A stretch of 63,722 nucleotides of DNA, filler included. It is 6 parts of 6 records of this genome, joined end to end, with 100 filler letters (N's around TTAATTAATTAA, not from the genome) between each part and the next. Parts side by side here need not be neighbours in the genome. Positions count along the whole stretch, not along the records: positions 7,662 to 33,386 come from SRR31147125_13812; 5 more parts are not named here. One strand, written 5' to 3'. Positions 18,270 to 29,323 of this stretch are shown here, one piece after another (within the stretch, counting starts at the first letter, position 1; every line of letters starts with the position of its first letter). The notes under the pieces were generated by a model. It saw only the letters and a program-made list of their open reading frames with translations. It searched no databases and was not told the DNA's origin. Both the position numbers and the translations under genes were made by a program.

Positions 18270-20270
18270 CTATTCCAGGGCTGTCACCCGCAGATGAGCA
18301 ATACGAACAACTGCGCGTGAACCAATGGCCCGAAAACCAATTTTTCCGTGCCGGGGGACATCTGCCTCTGAAGCTGCGCTGTCCACAAAACCCGAAATCA
18401 CTTTTCCATCCACTTGCAGCTGACACAAAGGGCCTTGTTTGATAATCGCAACGTGATAGACTTTGCCAATTTCTTCACAAGGATCTGGCCCCTGGCCAAC
18501 CAGAAATAACCCTGGATTTCGGCGCCAGTTAGATACGCCTGTGTGAATACCCTCGTCATTATAGCGGCTCAGCGAGAGATGGTAGGAGCGCGTACTGGCA
18601 TTCTGACCGGTATAATCAATAAATTTGCCCTGGCGAGGTGGAACTCCTGTAATCGCGTCTTCGCCATTCACGCCTTGCATACCAAGGAATGTTAACAAAA
18701 GTCCATTCTTCTCCTCAGTAAATAAATCATATTCCAGGCATATGTTATCCGGCAAATCCTCTTTCAGGAAAGCATGTACTCCAACTCCACCCTGCTGGGA
18801 TCCTGTACAATCCAGCCGTAGCCAGCCTCCTTCAAGCAGGGATGCACCTTTTGTATGGCCCTCCAGATGCCAGCGGTTCAGATTTTCAAAGTCTTCAACA
18901 AGCAGCGTCTCCCCTTGTGGGACGATCTTGTGATGTAGTGCCGGATTCCCCATTCCATCTGTGTTGGAATTTACGTGTTCCTGCAGTGCTTCAGGAATTG
19001 TTGCGACGCATACATCTGCTGAGCCTAATTTGTGGGATGTAAAAACAACCTGATCACCCCTACGATCCCAACCCGGGTGTGGATGATCACCCTTGCCATA
19101 GGTGCGGTGATCTCCGGTAAGTAAATGAGGACGGCTATTTCTTCCTTCAAAAAGCATGATATCCCCATGCCAGTTATCCGCAACCACCCATTGACCATCA
19201 TCACTTCCGGAAGGATGCCACCAATTATTTCGCGACATGGCTTCCGGCATGGCATCCGGCCACCAGGAACCAGCGCCGATAACACGTACATCGCCTGTTT
19301 TCACATCCAGCATTTTCACATGAGACCAGGCGTCTGCGGCAGGTACGGAAACAGCTCCAGTAAAAAGAATGGAATCATTAATCCACCAGATTGCATGAGT
19401 GACCAGTTCATTTTCGATGGCTTCATAGACATTTTTCGGCACACCCTCGCGAATATCGATAACCCATAGACGCTGACAACGCCCCAGATAATCCGCAGGT
19501 CCTTCAGAAAGAGTACTAGGTCCGGCGCGAAATTTATAGGGTTCCATAAATGAAGAAAAACTCAAAAGATGCGGATTTGTACGACTCCATTGGATATGAT
19601 TGGCAGGACCTCTATCGGGCGATAGAGAAACAAGTTCGCGCTGCTCCCCAGAGTTCACATCGATAAGGAAAATTTGTGGACCACCCCTCTCACCGTATCC
19701 CAAAGTTCCATAAGACAAATATCTCCCATCACAACTTTCATTAAGCATGTATTTACGTTTATTCGGGCGTAATGTGCAGATTACTCTGCAGCGTGCCTGT
19801 ACAACAGAGGATGTCTTTGCCGGATTATCCGAAAAAATGTTTTTCAGTTCAATCTCAACAGCATGGTTATTCCATACTGCAAAGACGGTATTCCGATGAC
19901 CTGCGGCAGTCGCTCCGTTCACCTTCTTTCCATCCGGACCTGTAATTTGACAAAGCTCTCCAGTCTCGACCCAATAAGCCATCAGCCCACCCTTTTCGCG
20001 ATCTGAATAAAACAGGATTGTGGAACTGTTCGAAAGCCAGGAGCGCTGGTGGTAATAAAGATTGATATCTTTGGATGGTTCGGAGGTCAGATAGAGGAGG
20101 TTGGCACCTGTTTGCGGATCTTTTTCCATGTGCTGCTCAGGAGGAGAAACAGAAAGGTTGTACCATGGACTCCATGTATCGGCAAGAACGGTACATACAG
20201 GAATCAACAAAAATCCAGTCAAAACACAGATATTCTTAACCAGGTCATTCTTAAAAATCATTAAAGACAT
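18270..20270 (-). CDS. Secreted oligogalacturonate lyase (PL22-like beta-propeller) + DUF1961/YesU-like fusion
   Basis: N-terminal DPQTGANLLYLT...NLYYHQRSW, NHIQWS, WWHPSGS, HPHPGW; C-terminal SYHLSLSR, NWRRNPG...GQGPDP, GKIGFR. Confidence 0.7.
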   Translation of the reverse strand: MSLMIFKNDLVKNICVLTGFLLIPVCTVLADTWSPWYNLSVSPPEQHMEKDPQTGANLLYLTSEPSKDINLYYHQRSWLSNSSTILFYSDREKGGLMAYWVETGELCQITGPDGKKVNGATAAGHRNTVFAVWNNHAVEIELKNIFSDNPAKTSSVVQARCRVICTLRPNKRKYMLNESCDGRYLSYGTLGYGERGGPQIFLIDVNSGEQRELVSLSPDRGPANHIQWSRTNPHLLSFSSFMEPYKFRAGPSTLSEGPADYLGRCQRLWVIDIREGVPKNVYEAIENELVTHAIWWINDSILFTGAVSVPAADAWSHVKMLDVKTGDVRVIGAGSWWPDAMPEAMSRNNWWHPSGSDDGQWVVADNWHGDIMLFEGRNSRPHLLTGDHRTYGKGDHPHPGWDRRGDQVVFTSHKLGSADVCVATIPEALQEHVNSNTDGMGNPALHHKIVPQGETLLVEDFENLNRWHLEGHTKGASLLEGGWLRLDCTGSQQGGVGVHAFLKEDLPDNICLEYDLFTEEKNGLLLTFLGMQGVNGEDAITGVPPRQGKFIDYTGQNASTRSYHLSLSRYNDEGIHTGVSNWRRNPGLFLVGQGPDPCEEIGKVYHVAIIKQGPLCQLQVDGKVISGFVDSAASEADVPRHGKIGFRAIGSRAVVRIAHLRVTALE

Positions 20271-20365
20271 ACTCTTGTGCTCCTTTGTCTATCTATACCA
20301 ATTTTATAAAAAATCGTTTTTAGTTGGTGTTGATGTTATTAATCCTGCATTCTGGTTTTCATTAT

Positions 20366-21319
20366 TTACGATAACCCTTTTTTCACTCGTGAGAAAAATA
20401 CAATAAAAATTCCGCTAAACAGCACAACGGTTGCCATAATGCTGCCTTCAGGGCCAAATTCGCCACCAGAAAATGTTTTCGAACCTGTTGTTTGTAAATT
20501 TACCAGGGTTATCACTCCCTCTCGTCCGCTGACACTCAAGCCCAGTACATTCCCCATTGTCCAGTTCCATGAGGTATGCCATCCACACGCTGCCCATATA
20601 TTATGATCCTTTAGTATAAAAATAACCAATAAGAATGAAAAGAGAAAAAGATTTAAAATTGCAATAATACTGGCTCCCTTGTTTGCACCATGCATTAAAG
20701 CAAACAGGAGTGATGATACAAGAGCACCAATCCATGGTTTATAGCGTGTACCAATCACCTGAAACAGCCATCCACGGGTCACAATTTCTTCATTCGCTCC
20801 CTGGATAATATAGGCAATCATAAAAAAGAACACTGAACCAACAGCAGTGATACCGGATGGAATTGTACTCTGTTGATCCATAATGACATTTCCATTCACA
20901 GCCATTAATCCGACTGTGAGTAACATCATTATAAATCCGGTCAGAAATCCGTTAACATAGTTTTTTAAAGCGTTCGGTTTTGATAATCCAATGGATAAAA
21001 AGGGCCGCTTTTCATAATAGCGAATCCATAACCATAGTAATAAAGTAATACAGGAAAAAGAAACTGTAAAATAATAATATTTTTTAAAAAAGGGAGACAG
21101 TTTGTTTTTTAACAACAATTCAAATATCACAAATTCACTAAATCCAGCCCCAACAAAAATGACAAGCATAAAAACAGGGATGGCTATTGCTAATGGAGGT
21201 ATTCTCCCTCCCCTTTTTGCCATTTTGAAAAAGGTATTGTCTAAAGTAAACAGTGTACCCAGTTTTTGTTTTGCATGTGTGATCATAATATTCCCGGCAA
21301 GCATTTTTAAGGAATTCAT
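20366..21319 (-). CDS. CPBP/CAAX (Abi-family) intramembrane metalloprotease
   Basis: EEIVTRGW, FALMH, HTSWNW, GGEFGPEGS. Confidence 0.9.
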   Translation of the reverse strand: MNSLKMLAGNIMITHAKQKLGTLFTLDNTFFKMAKRGGRIPPLAIAIPVFMLVIFVGAGFSEFVIFELLLKNKLSPFFKKYYYFTVSFSCITLLLWLWIRYYEKRPFLSIGLSKPNALKNYVNGFLTGFIMMLLTVGLMAVNGNVIMDQQSTIPSGITAVGSVFFFMIAYIIQGANEEIVTRGWLFQVIGTRYKPWIGALVSSLLFALMHGANKGASIIAILNLFLFSFLLVIFILKDHNIWAACGWHTSWNWTMGNVLGLSVSGREGVITLVNLQTTGSKTFSGGEFGPEGSIMATVVLFSGIFIVFFSRVKKGLS

Positions 21320-21879
21320 CCATATTGCTATTATCAGATAATAATCATTTTAATAAAAAAGAACCATCTGGAAATACCTATTTTTCACCTTTTGAATAAA
21401 TTTCTTCCAGGCAGTATAGAGTATAAAAGATGTGAATACAAGCCAGGCCGGATTAAATGTCAACGATCTGAATTAGAGAACCGTCCATATTGATTATCGA
21501 ACTCGTGGCTCACACTTTCCAAATCCTTCATAATAAAGCATTCTATCGAATTTTGACGATTCATTTGGAATTAGGGGAATTATTTACTGACAGGTTTTTG
21601 TTAAAAAGCCATGATGTTCAAAGCCGGATAATTATCATATAATCTTGATGTTGTCTAAATTCAGGTGTTTTCAAAAGGATTAATGCTTTCACAAATTGAA
21701 TGCTATGAAAAAGAAACGGGGCAACTGCAAATTAAGAAAAGAGCGGTTTTAGTACCGGAAAAAAACAAAATCGAAAGTAGCTCGATATTCGCGTGACTTT
21801 TTGGGAAAACGAACCATTCCGGTTTCCGGTTATCAGGCTTTTAATAAAAATATACATGTACCCATTTTGTGGATTAAAA

Positions 21880-24492
21880 ATGATTGGCCGTACCATATCT
21901 CATTATAACATATTAGAAAAACTCGGCGAAGGCGGTATGGGAACGGTGTTTAAAGCTCAGGATACGAATCTGGAGCGCACCGTTGCTATAAAATTTTTAC
22001 CCCGATCGCTCTCATTCGAGCCTGAACACCGCGAACGTTTCAAGAACGAGGCCAGAGCCATTGCGGCATTGAATCACCCCAATATTGCAACCATTTATAG
22101 CATTGAAGAGGTGGAAAATGAGTCATTTATTGTCATGGAATATATTGACGGTCAGGAATTGAAGGAGATTATCGACGATCCATCCGGAGAGCTATTATCC
22201 ATATCTGATATTGCCGGTATCGCCGGTCAAATTGCCGAGGGTTTAAAAGCCGCTCATGACAAAGGTATTGTGCATCGAGATATAAAGAGCTTGAATATCA
22301 TGTTGACCCGTGAAGGACACGTGAAAATCATGGATTTTGGCCTGGCCAAGGCTCAGGGCAGCATGCAGTTGACCCAGGTCGGCACGACCGTAGGTACACT
22401 TGCCTATATGCCACCGGAACAGGCCATGGGACAGCCCCTGGATGAACGCGCGGATATCTGGTCATTTGGAGTTGTACTGTACGAACTGCTCAGCGGACAT
22501 CTTCCTTTTGAGGGGCCCTATGAACAGGCGATCATTTATTCTGTATTGAACGAAAATCCTGCTCCACTCTCCGGGGAAACGACAAACGTGCCACCTATGC
22601 TGGAGGCCATTGTTAACAAATGTTTGGAAAAAAATGCCTCAGAACGATATTCATCATTTGCAGAAATCCTGAACGATTTATCCAAATGGGATCAAAATTC
22701 TGTCTCTGATAAAACATTATCAAGCACCACAGAATTGAAATACCCCAAAACCGGAATAAAGGTTCCTGTTAAATGGTCAAAGCCAATTTTTGCCGGATCC
22801 ATATTTATTTTGATATTTTTCATACTCTTTTTCGGAGGATTTGAAACCATAAAAAAACAACTAGGTTTCTCAAACGTTTCTCCTGTTCAGCATTTGCTTG
22901 TTATTCCTTTTACAAATATTGGTGGAGACTCTAACCTTCAGGCATTTTGTGACGGCCTTGTGGAAACCCTGACGAGCACGCTAACACAATTGGAGCAATA
23001 TCATGGCTCATTATGGGTGGTTCCCGCCAGTGAGACACGGCGCAGCAATATACAATCGCCCACAGAAGCCTTTAAAACCTTTGGAGCCAATCTGACGGTT
23101 ACCGGGAGTTTGCAATTTTTGAACGAGTTATTTCGGCTAACTTTGAATTTAGTAGATGCCGAGCATTTAAGGCAATTAAATTCTGTTGTTATTGATATTC
23201 CCAAATCAGATGTATCAAAACTGCAGGATCAATCTATTCTCAAATTGGCACACATGCTGAATATTGAACTGAATCTGAAAACCAGACAAACCATTCAAAA
23301 AGGTACAACGACCGTTCCCGGTGCTTATGAATTTTATTTACAGGGACGCGGGTATCTGCAACGTTACGAAAATGAGAACAATCTGGATTCAGCCATTCGA
23401 TTGTTTCAACACGCTATAAATCTGGATTCCAAATATGCCCTTGCTTATGCCGGGCTGGGTGAAGCATTTTGGCGAAAATATGATATCACAAAAGATGTCA
23501 ACTGGGTGGACAACGCTTCAAAAGCATGCAATAAGGCTTATTCCCTGAATCAGGATCTGGCTCCAACAAGCATCACACTGGGGATGATTCATGCCGGAAC
23601 CGGACATTATGCAAAGGCAGTTGACGATTTCGATCGCGCCCTGGATATCGAGCCAGGAAATGCGGATGCATTACGGGGCCTGGCCAAAGCTTACGAATCG
23701 TTAAACCGGCTTGACGAATCCGAGTCAACCTACAAACGAGCCATTCAAATGAAACCAGACTATTGGGGTGGCTATAATGATCTGGGTGTGTATTATTATA
23801 AACACGGCCGCTATGAGGAAGCGGTTAGCCAGTTTCAGCAGGTAACAGAACTGACACCAGACAATTATAGAGGATATAATAATCTGGGTGGTGTTTTTTA
23901 TTTATTAAAGCGCTGGTCAGACGCAAGCGCCATGTTTGAGCGCTCCATTGAGCTAAAAAAGACATACAGCGCAGCATCAAATCTGGCGACTCTATACTAT
24001 ATTGAAGGACAATATACCGATGCCGTATATATGTATAAAATGGCGTTAGATTTAAATCCGCACGATTATCAGGTGTGGGGCAATCTGGCATCGGCATATA
24101 ATTGGGCTGAAGAAAAAAACGAAAAGGTTACAAAGACATATTTACATGCCATTGAACTGGCTGAGGAGCGGCAAAAAGTCAATTCAAAAGATCCCATTGT
24201 CTTGTCTCATCTATCCGGCTATTACAGCATGGTGGGAGAATCTGAAAAGGCCATAACCTTTATGGAACAAGCTCTCAATCTGGCACCGGAAGACGTTCGG
24301 GTATTGTATGGCGCTGCCACGGTTTATGAACAGCTGGGAAACCGGGAAGTTGCGCTGTACTGGATCGAGCAGGCTCTTAAAAAAGGTTATTCACGACTCG
24401 AAATTGAACATCAGCCGGAGTTAAAAAAGTTATGTCAAGATAGCCGATTTCAACTGGTAGTAAAAAAATTTCAATCCCGGGAACAGGGTTGA
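21880..24492 (+). CDS. Hanks-type Ser/Thr kinase with TM segment, TolB-N-like domain and TPR repeats
   Basis: LGEGGMGTV, VAIK, HRDIKSLN, DFGLAK, GTLAYMPPE, DIWSFG; TM IFAGSIFILIFFILFFGG; many TPRs; start set at MIGRTISHY. Confidence 0.93.
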   Translation: MIGRTISHYNILEKLGEGGMGTVFKAQDTNLERTVAIKFLPRSLSFEPEHRERFKNEARAIAALNHPNIATIYSIEEVENESFIVMEYIDGQELKEIIDDPSGELLSISDIAGIAGQIAEGLKAAHDKGIVHRDIKSLNIMLTREGHVKIMDFGLAKAQGSMQLTQVGTTVGTLAYMPPEQAMGQPLDERADIWSFGVVLYELLSGHLPFEGPYEQAIIYSVLNENPAPLSGETTNVPPMLEAIVNKCLEKNASERYSSFAEILNDLSKWDQNSVSDKTLSSTTELKYPKTGIKVPVKWSKPIFAGSIFILIFFILFFGGFETIKKQLGFSNVSPVQHLLVIPFTNIGGDSNLQAFCDGLVETLTSTLTQLEQYHGSLWVVPASETRRSNIQSPTEAFKTFGANLTVTGSLQFLNELFRLTLNLVDAEHLRQLNSVVIDIPKSDVSKLQDQSILKLAHMLNIELNLKTRQTIQKGTTTVPGAYEFYLQGRGYLQRYENENNLDSAIRLFQHAINLDSKYALAYAGLGEAFWRKYDITKDVNWVDNASKACNKAYSLNQDLAPTSITLGMIHAGTGHYAKAVDDFDRALDIEPGNADALRGLAKAYESLNRLDESESTYKRAIQMKPDYWGGYNDLGVYYYKHGRYEEAVSQFQQVTELTPDNYRGYNNLGGVFYLLKRWSDASAMFERSIELKKTYSAASNLATLYYIEGQYTDAVYMYKMALDLNPHDYQVWGNLASAYNWAEEKNEKVTKTYLHAIELAEERQKVNSKDPIVLSHLSGYYSMVGESEKAITFMEQALNLAPEDVRVLYGAATVYEQLGNREVALYWIEQALKKGYSRLEIEHQPELKKLCQDSRFQLVVKKFQSREQG

Positions 24493-24569
24493 GAAAGGCG
24501 CAAATTTTAAGTATGTATGGAAACAACAACGTTTATTTAATTTCAACTTTTTATCAGGAGAACAGAATA

Positions 24570-24980
24570 ATGTTTAAACATAAATTGATGAATTTTGCTT
24601 TGTTATTAATGCTGTGTTTTGGCTTTACATTCCAGGTCACCATGAATACCGCATTTGCCCAGGCAAAAGAACACAAATTGAAAATACTAAAAGTAAATAA
24701 TAAATGGAAAGTTGTTCATGAGGAGGACATAACCAAGGTAAAGGTTAAAGCTAAAAGAGGTGAAAAAATTGTGTGGACTGCTTCCGGCTCAGACATGTAT
24801 TTTCAGTTTTTGGATGAAAAACTGTTTGGCAATTACACACGCACTTTGAAAGATGGGAAAAAACTGGTATTGCCAATTGGCAATGAGGCAAAATTGGGCA
24901 GTCATCCTTATGCTGTTTTCTGTATATCCGATAAAGCCTTTGCTACAGGCGAATCTCCACCTACTATCATTGTCGAATAG
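24570..24980 (+). CDS. Small secreted beta-rich hypothetical protein
   Basis: AGGAG RBS; signal peptide ending AFA-Q; C-terminal SPPTIIVE. Confidence 0.75.
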   Translation: MFKHKLMNFALLLMLCFGFTFQVTMNTAFAQAKEHKLKILKVNNKWKVVHEEDITKVKVKAKRGEKIVWTASGSDMYFQFLDEKLFGNYTRTLKDGKKLVLPIGNEAKLGSHPYAVFCISDKAFATGESPPTIIVE

Positions 24981-25013
24981 TGTGGCAGATTCGGAAAGTA
25001 AAATGTGATTTTC

Positions 25014-25065
25014 CTGGTGCCTTTTGTTGTTTTTCTTCTTTTATTACAAACTACAAAGGCACCAG
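25014..25065. terminator. Inverted repeat between convergent genes (possible terminator)
   Basis: CTGGTGCCTTT / AAAGGCACCAG, 11-bp stem. Confidence 0.5.
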
Positions 25066-25244
25066 TACCTTTTCAAAATAAAAATATGGTTTGAAATCAT
25101 TAATTGGTTCGTATTCAGAATTCTCAATTCCCTTTGCCTGTCAAACAGCATCAGCGTTGAGAACATCTACTCACGCCAATTCTTCAATAACTTTTGTGAT
25201 ACTTTTTGGGCACATTCAAATCCTCGTTTTTAAACAACCACATT

Positions 25245-25604
25245 TTATTCTGGTATTGAAAGAGGCCTTGATTCAATCCATTTTTTTCCTGCGGGTGACT
25301 GGTAAAATTGGATGATGGCATTCATCTCTTCAACGGAAAGATAATTTATATAAACAGGATCTATCAAATTCAAAAGTTCTTCGGAATTAACTTCTTGAAG
25401 AAAATTTTCCCAAAATTCCTTTGGCACAGTTAAAACACCCTGTTTTTGCAGATGAATCATTTTCTGCATAACCTGGACTCCCGCCTCACCGGAATCTGTT
25501 ACTTTAAGTAAATCATGGGCTACCTTTTCAGCGATAGATTCTGCAATGACAAACTGGATCACAAAGAAAAAAATAAAAAGATAGTTGTAAATTCTATTTG
25601 GCAT
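25245..25604 (-). CDS. DUF2059-domain protein (possibly C-terminally truncated)
   Basis: PVYINYLSVEEMNAIIQFYQSPAGKK; signal peptide. Confidence 0.75.
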   Translation of the reverse strand: MPNRIYNYLFIFFFVIQFVIAESIAEKVAHDLLKVTDSGEAGVQVMQKMIHLQKQGVLTVPKEFWENFLQEVNSEELLNLIDPVYINYLSVEEMNAIIQFYQSPAGKKWIESRPLSIPE

Positions 25605-26077
25605 TATTCACTCAGTTTTTATAGCATCTTTTGGGATAAAATCAAATCTTAATTTTTACCAACTCTCAAATCTATTGTGTTGATTCCATTTTGATTATCA
25701 AAATTGTTTAGCTTTACATGTCATTTCAAAAGTGCCAACTATATTACAAACCAAAGCAAGAAATGAATCCAACGCACGCAAAACACACCCGCTTTAAAGA
25801 ACAAAACATCAGTAAAAACAAAACCTTTTAATCAAAAAAACAACTCAGTGCCAGCAACCAGAAAAAAAGATCCAGATGGCCCCAAAACACTAAAATTTAT
25901 TAACAACTCACTATTGTGATTATACTATCTAAACGAATGAAGAATCCCCTAACCTTAACCCAACCCTATGCATCTATAATAAATAATAATATCGTTAAAT
26001 CGCAAGGACATTATAGTTGTTATAATAAAAAATGTCAATTGATGAACTTTGCAAAACAGTTATTTATAATAAAAAGC

Positions 26078-26119
26078 TTGAAATGAATTTTTAATTTTCT
26101 ATTTTAGTTAAACGTTTTA
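26078..26119 (+). promoter_or_regulatory. Sigma70-like promoter with LacI-type operator TAAACGTTTTA
   Basis: TTGAAA-16-TATTTT-3-TAAACGTTTTA; same layout as the lacI promoter; second shared site TTTATCGTTTA at 26296-26306. Confidence 0.7.
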
Positions 26120-26323
26120 CATGTTTTTTATATATTATATAGTATTACATAATCTTAAAGTGTATTACTTGATATTAAATCGATTAATTTTTATTTACTA
26201 TTTCAATTGTTCCAGTTTTGCAATTCAATTTACAGAATTGACCTATAACAGAGCACCAGAGTCAAATCAATATCGTCAAAATTTGAAAAAATCACTTTAT
26301 CGTTTAAAACAACCGGAGGTTTC

Positions 26324-27571
26324 ATGGAAAAAAACAGATCTGGTTTCTTAAAAAAACTCATTGCCATTGTCGGACCCGGATTCTTTTTAATCGGTTATAA
26401 CATTGGCACTGGTAGCGTGACCACCATGGCCTCTGCCGGGTCCAGATGGGGTATGTCCCTGACATGGACTGTAGTTTTATCCTGTATATTCACCTATATC
26501 GGTATCCTGGCTTTCAGCAAGTACACTCTGGTGACCGGAGAAACCATCTTGTATGCCATCCGTACTCATTTTCCCATGGGTAAACAGATCAGTTTTTTCA
26601 TTTTGGCTGCCGTTATTCTGGCTGAAATTGTAGGTGTCACCGGATTAATGGCCATTATTGTTAACTTGTTCCAGGAATGGATCACCTATGCCACCGGATT
26701 TTCCTCGGCAATTATCAAACTGGGGTTGACTTTGTCGCTTTCAGCCATTCTGTTCCTGTTTCTGTGGAATGGCAGTTATCAGTATCTGGAAAAGGTGCTG
26801 GCCATCCTGGTTGGTGTGATCGGTATCACCTTTGTTGCCACCACCTTTCTCATTATCCCCTCCTGGAAAGAGGTCCTTGCCGGCCTTGTTCCGGCGATGC
26901 CCAGGGATCCGGATGCCGCATTGATCGTAGCAGGTATGTCCGGTACTACATTTGGATCTGCCATATTATACTGCCGCAGCATCACTTTAAAAGCTAAAGG
27001 ATGGACACTGCAAAATGAAAAAAGTGCCTTTATCGATACGGTTGTATCAGTGGTTATGATGTTTATTCTCAGTATTGCTGTGATGATCTGTGCGGCTGGC
27101 ACGTTATACGTAATAAACAAACCAGTTGTGGATGCCATTGATATGGTCCGGTTACTGGAGCCTTTGGCAGGAAAATTTGCCATAACCCTATTCATTATTG
27201 GTATTGTGGGTGCCGGGTTTTCCAGTCTGATTCCCACAATATTAATTGCCCCCTGGCTCATATCTGATTATAGCAATACAGGCATTAAACCCACATCTAC
27301 TGCAAGTAGAATATTTGTTATTCTTGGAATCATAATTGCCCTTATCGGCCCATACCTTCGCACAAAACCTGTTTTTCTCATGATTTTAACCATGGCTCTT
27401 TTGGCTGTTATTTTACCATTATCCACGATCGGAATAACCGTTCTTTTAAATCAAAAACAGATGGGAAACAACAGAAATTCTTTGTGCATGAATATTGCCT
27501 GTATTGGTGCTATCATCTTTTCATTTATCATGTCCTATTATGGTGTCGTTGGATTAATGCAATCATTATAA
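26324..27571 (+). CDS. Nramp-superfamily (YcsG-like) transporter
   Basis: About 11 TMs; GPGFFLIGYNIGTGSVTT instead of the MntH DPGN motif; GGAGG RBS. Confidence 0.8.
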   Translation: MEKNRSGFLKKLIAIVGPGFFLIGYNIGTGSVTTMASAGSRWGMSLTWTVVLSCIFTYIGILAFSKYTLVTGETILYAIRTHFPMGKQISFFILAAVILAEIVGVTGLMAIIVNLFQEWITYATGFSSAIIKLGLTLSLSAILFLFLWNGSYQYLEKVLAILVGVIGITFVATTFLIIPSWKEVLAGLVPAMPRDPDAALIVAGMSGTTFGSAILYCRSITLKAKGWTLQNEKSAFIDTVVSVVMMFILSIAVMICAAGTLYVINKPVVDAIDMVRLLEPLAGKFAITLFIIGIVGAGFSSLIPTILIAPWLISDYSNTGIKPTSTASRIFVILGIIIALIGPYLRTKPVFLMILTMALLAVILPLSTIGITVLLNQKQMGNNRNSLCMNIACIGAIIFSFIMSYYGVVGLMQSL

Positions 27572-27756
27572 AACCATATTTGTGAATTGAATATCACTCA
27601 AAACTTTTTGTAATTTGTCTTTTATCCCTGGTACCCAAAGAATAAGGAACCATCAAAAGATAAAAACAATCTCTTTTTGCGTACTAAAGATTCTTTAATC
27701 AGTTTTTTTATCGAGTAGACATAACTATTTGAACAACAGTGAAATCAGGAGTAACA

Positions 27757-29076
27757 ATGAACCACATCCTTGCTATAAACGGTGGCCCTAAAACTGTAAA
27801 TTTAGACCAGACAGAAGCATTGCGCTGGCCGCTCATGATCCGGGAAGATTTTGAGGCAGTGCAACGTGTAATGGCCATGCCCAATTATTCCTTTTATGAG
27901 GAAGCCTATAAATTTGAAAGCGAAATAAAGGATTATTTTGATATAAAATACGCTCTGGCAATGGCAAATGGTACAGCAGCACTTCACAGCGCGTTATTTA
28001 GCCTTGGCATTGGTTCAGGAGATGAGGTCATCGTTCCAACATATACATACTGGGCCTCGGTTATTCCCATTCTGACATGCCAGGCTATTCCGGTTTTTGC
28101 CGAATCAGATCCCAACACACTCAACATAGATCCTAAGGACATTGAAAAAAAGATAACATCCAGGACAAAAGCCATCCTTGTGGTTCATCTCTGGGGAATG
28201 CCTTGCGATATGGATCTTATCATGGAAATTGCCAGAAGACATCACTTAAAAGTGATCGAAGATGCAGCCCATATCGCCACAGCCACATATAAAGAGCAAA
28301 AGGTCGGTGCTATTGGGGATATTGCCTGTTTCAGTTACCAGGCGACCAAGGTGCTCCCTGCCATTGAGGGTGGCATGATGGTCACAAACAACAAGGACTA
28401 TTTTGAACGCGCGGTTGCATTGGGGCATTACGAACGCATTCCTCAACTGGAAAAAGGATCTGTCTTTCACCAAATGAAAGAAACGTGTTTTGGTTACAAG
28501 TACAGAATGCACCCGCTCTCAGCGGCAATGGCACGGGTTCAACTCAATCACATAGAGGAACGGAGTATAAAAAGAAAAGAGAATATGGAATATTTAGCCA
28601 CCCAATTAAAAGATATTCCGGGTGTTAAAATCATTCAGACTCCACCAGACATACAACGGGATTATTATGCCTTTCGACTTCTGTATAAAAAAGAAGAGCT
28701 CAATGGACTGGATAAAAAGCACTTTATCGCAGCCCTGCAGGCGGAAGGTCTGGAGATAAGCGCTGAACGCTATGTCCTCATGCACCGGCAACCTGTGTTT
28801 CAAAATAAGGAATTATGGGGAAAAGCGTGTCCGGCCCCTATTAGAGATGGTCACATGAAAAACCAACCCAGTCTTCCGGTTACGGAAAAATTATATGAGG
28901 AACTTTTGGCCCTTCCCACCTTTCCGCAAGCGGACAAAGCATTACTGGATCAGTATATATCAGGTTTCAAAAAAGTGGTTGAGAATGCCGACAGTATCAA
29001 AAAAGTAAACGATATCCATGTCAAAGCCAAACCGGATATGGATTGGAACAAGATGAATATGGTTAAAGTCAGGTAG
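27757..29076 (+). CDS. DegT/DnrJ/EryC1/StrS PLP-dependent aminotransferase (cytoplasmic)
   Basis: NGTAALH, GDEVIVP, VIEDAAH, FSYQATK..EGG; AGGAG RBS before 27757. Confidence 0.92.
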   Translation: MNHILAINGGPKTVNLDQTEALRWPLMIREDFEAVQRVMAMPNYSFYEEAYKFESEIKDYFDIKYALAMANGTAALHSALFSLGIGSGDEVIVPTYTYWASVIPILTCQAIPVFAESDPNTLNIDPKDIEKKITSRTKAILVVHLWGMPCDMDLIMEIARRHHLKVIEDAAHIATATYKEQKVGAIGDIACFSYQATKVLPAIEGGMMVTNNKDYFERAVALGHYERIPQLEKGSVFHQMKETCFGYKYRMHPLSAAMARVQLNHIEERSIKRKENMEYLATQLKDIPGVKIIQTPPDIQRDYYAFRLLYKKEELNGLDKKHFIAALQAEGLEISAERYVLMHRQPVFQNKELWGKACPAPIRDGHMKNQPSLPVTEKLYEELLALPTFPQADKALLDQYISGFKKVVENADSIKKVNDIHVKAKPDMDWNKMNMVKVR

Positions 29077-29323
29077 GGCACCAGCCTATCAAAAGATCAG
29101 TCCGGTAAAATAGTGGGGCTATGAATTAAAGTTTATCTTTTTTATGCATCTGGTGTCCTTAGCTTGCTTTGCATATCTTCAAAATCCGTTCATCGAACCA
29201 GGTGCCCCACTCCTCCAGTATAACCAGAAACGAACGACTTTTAAATTCTATCTCAATCGTAGACGATTAATAATGGTATAAATCCTTATTAAAAACTGTT
29301 GCGACAGCAGGACCAAAAATAGG

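Noticed and set aside
25620-26070. A/C-skewed intergenic stretch
   Set aside because: No ORF, repeat unit or pairing that I could define; probably decayed sequence
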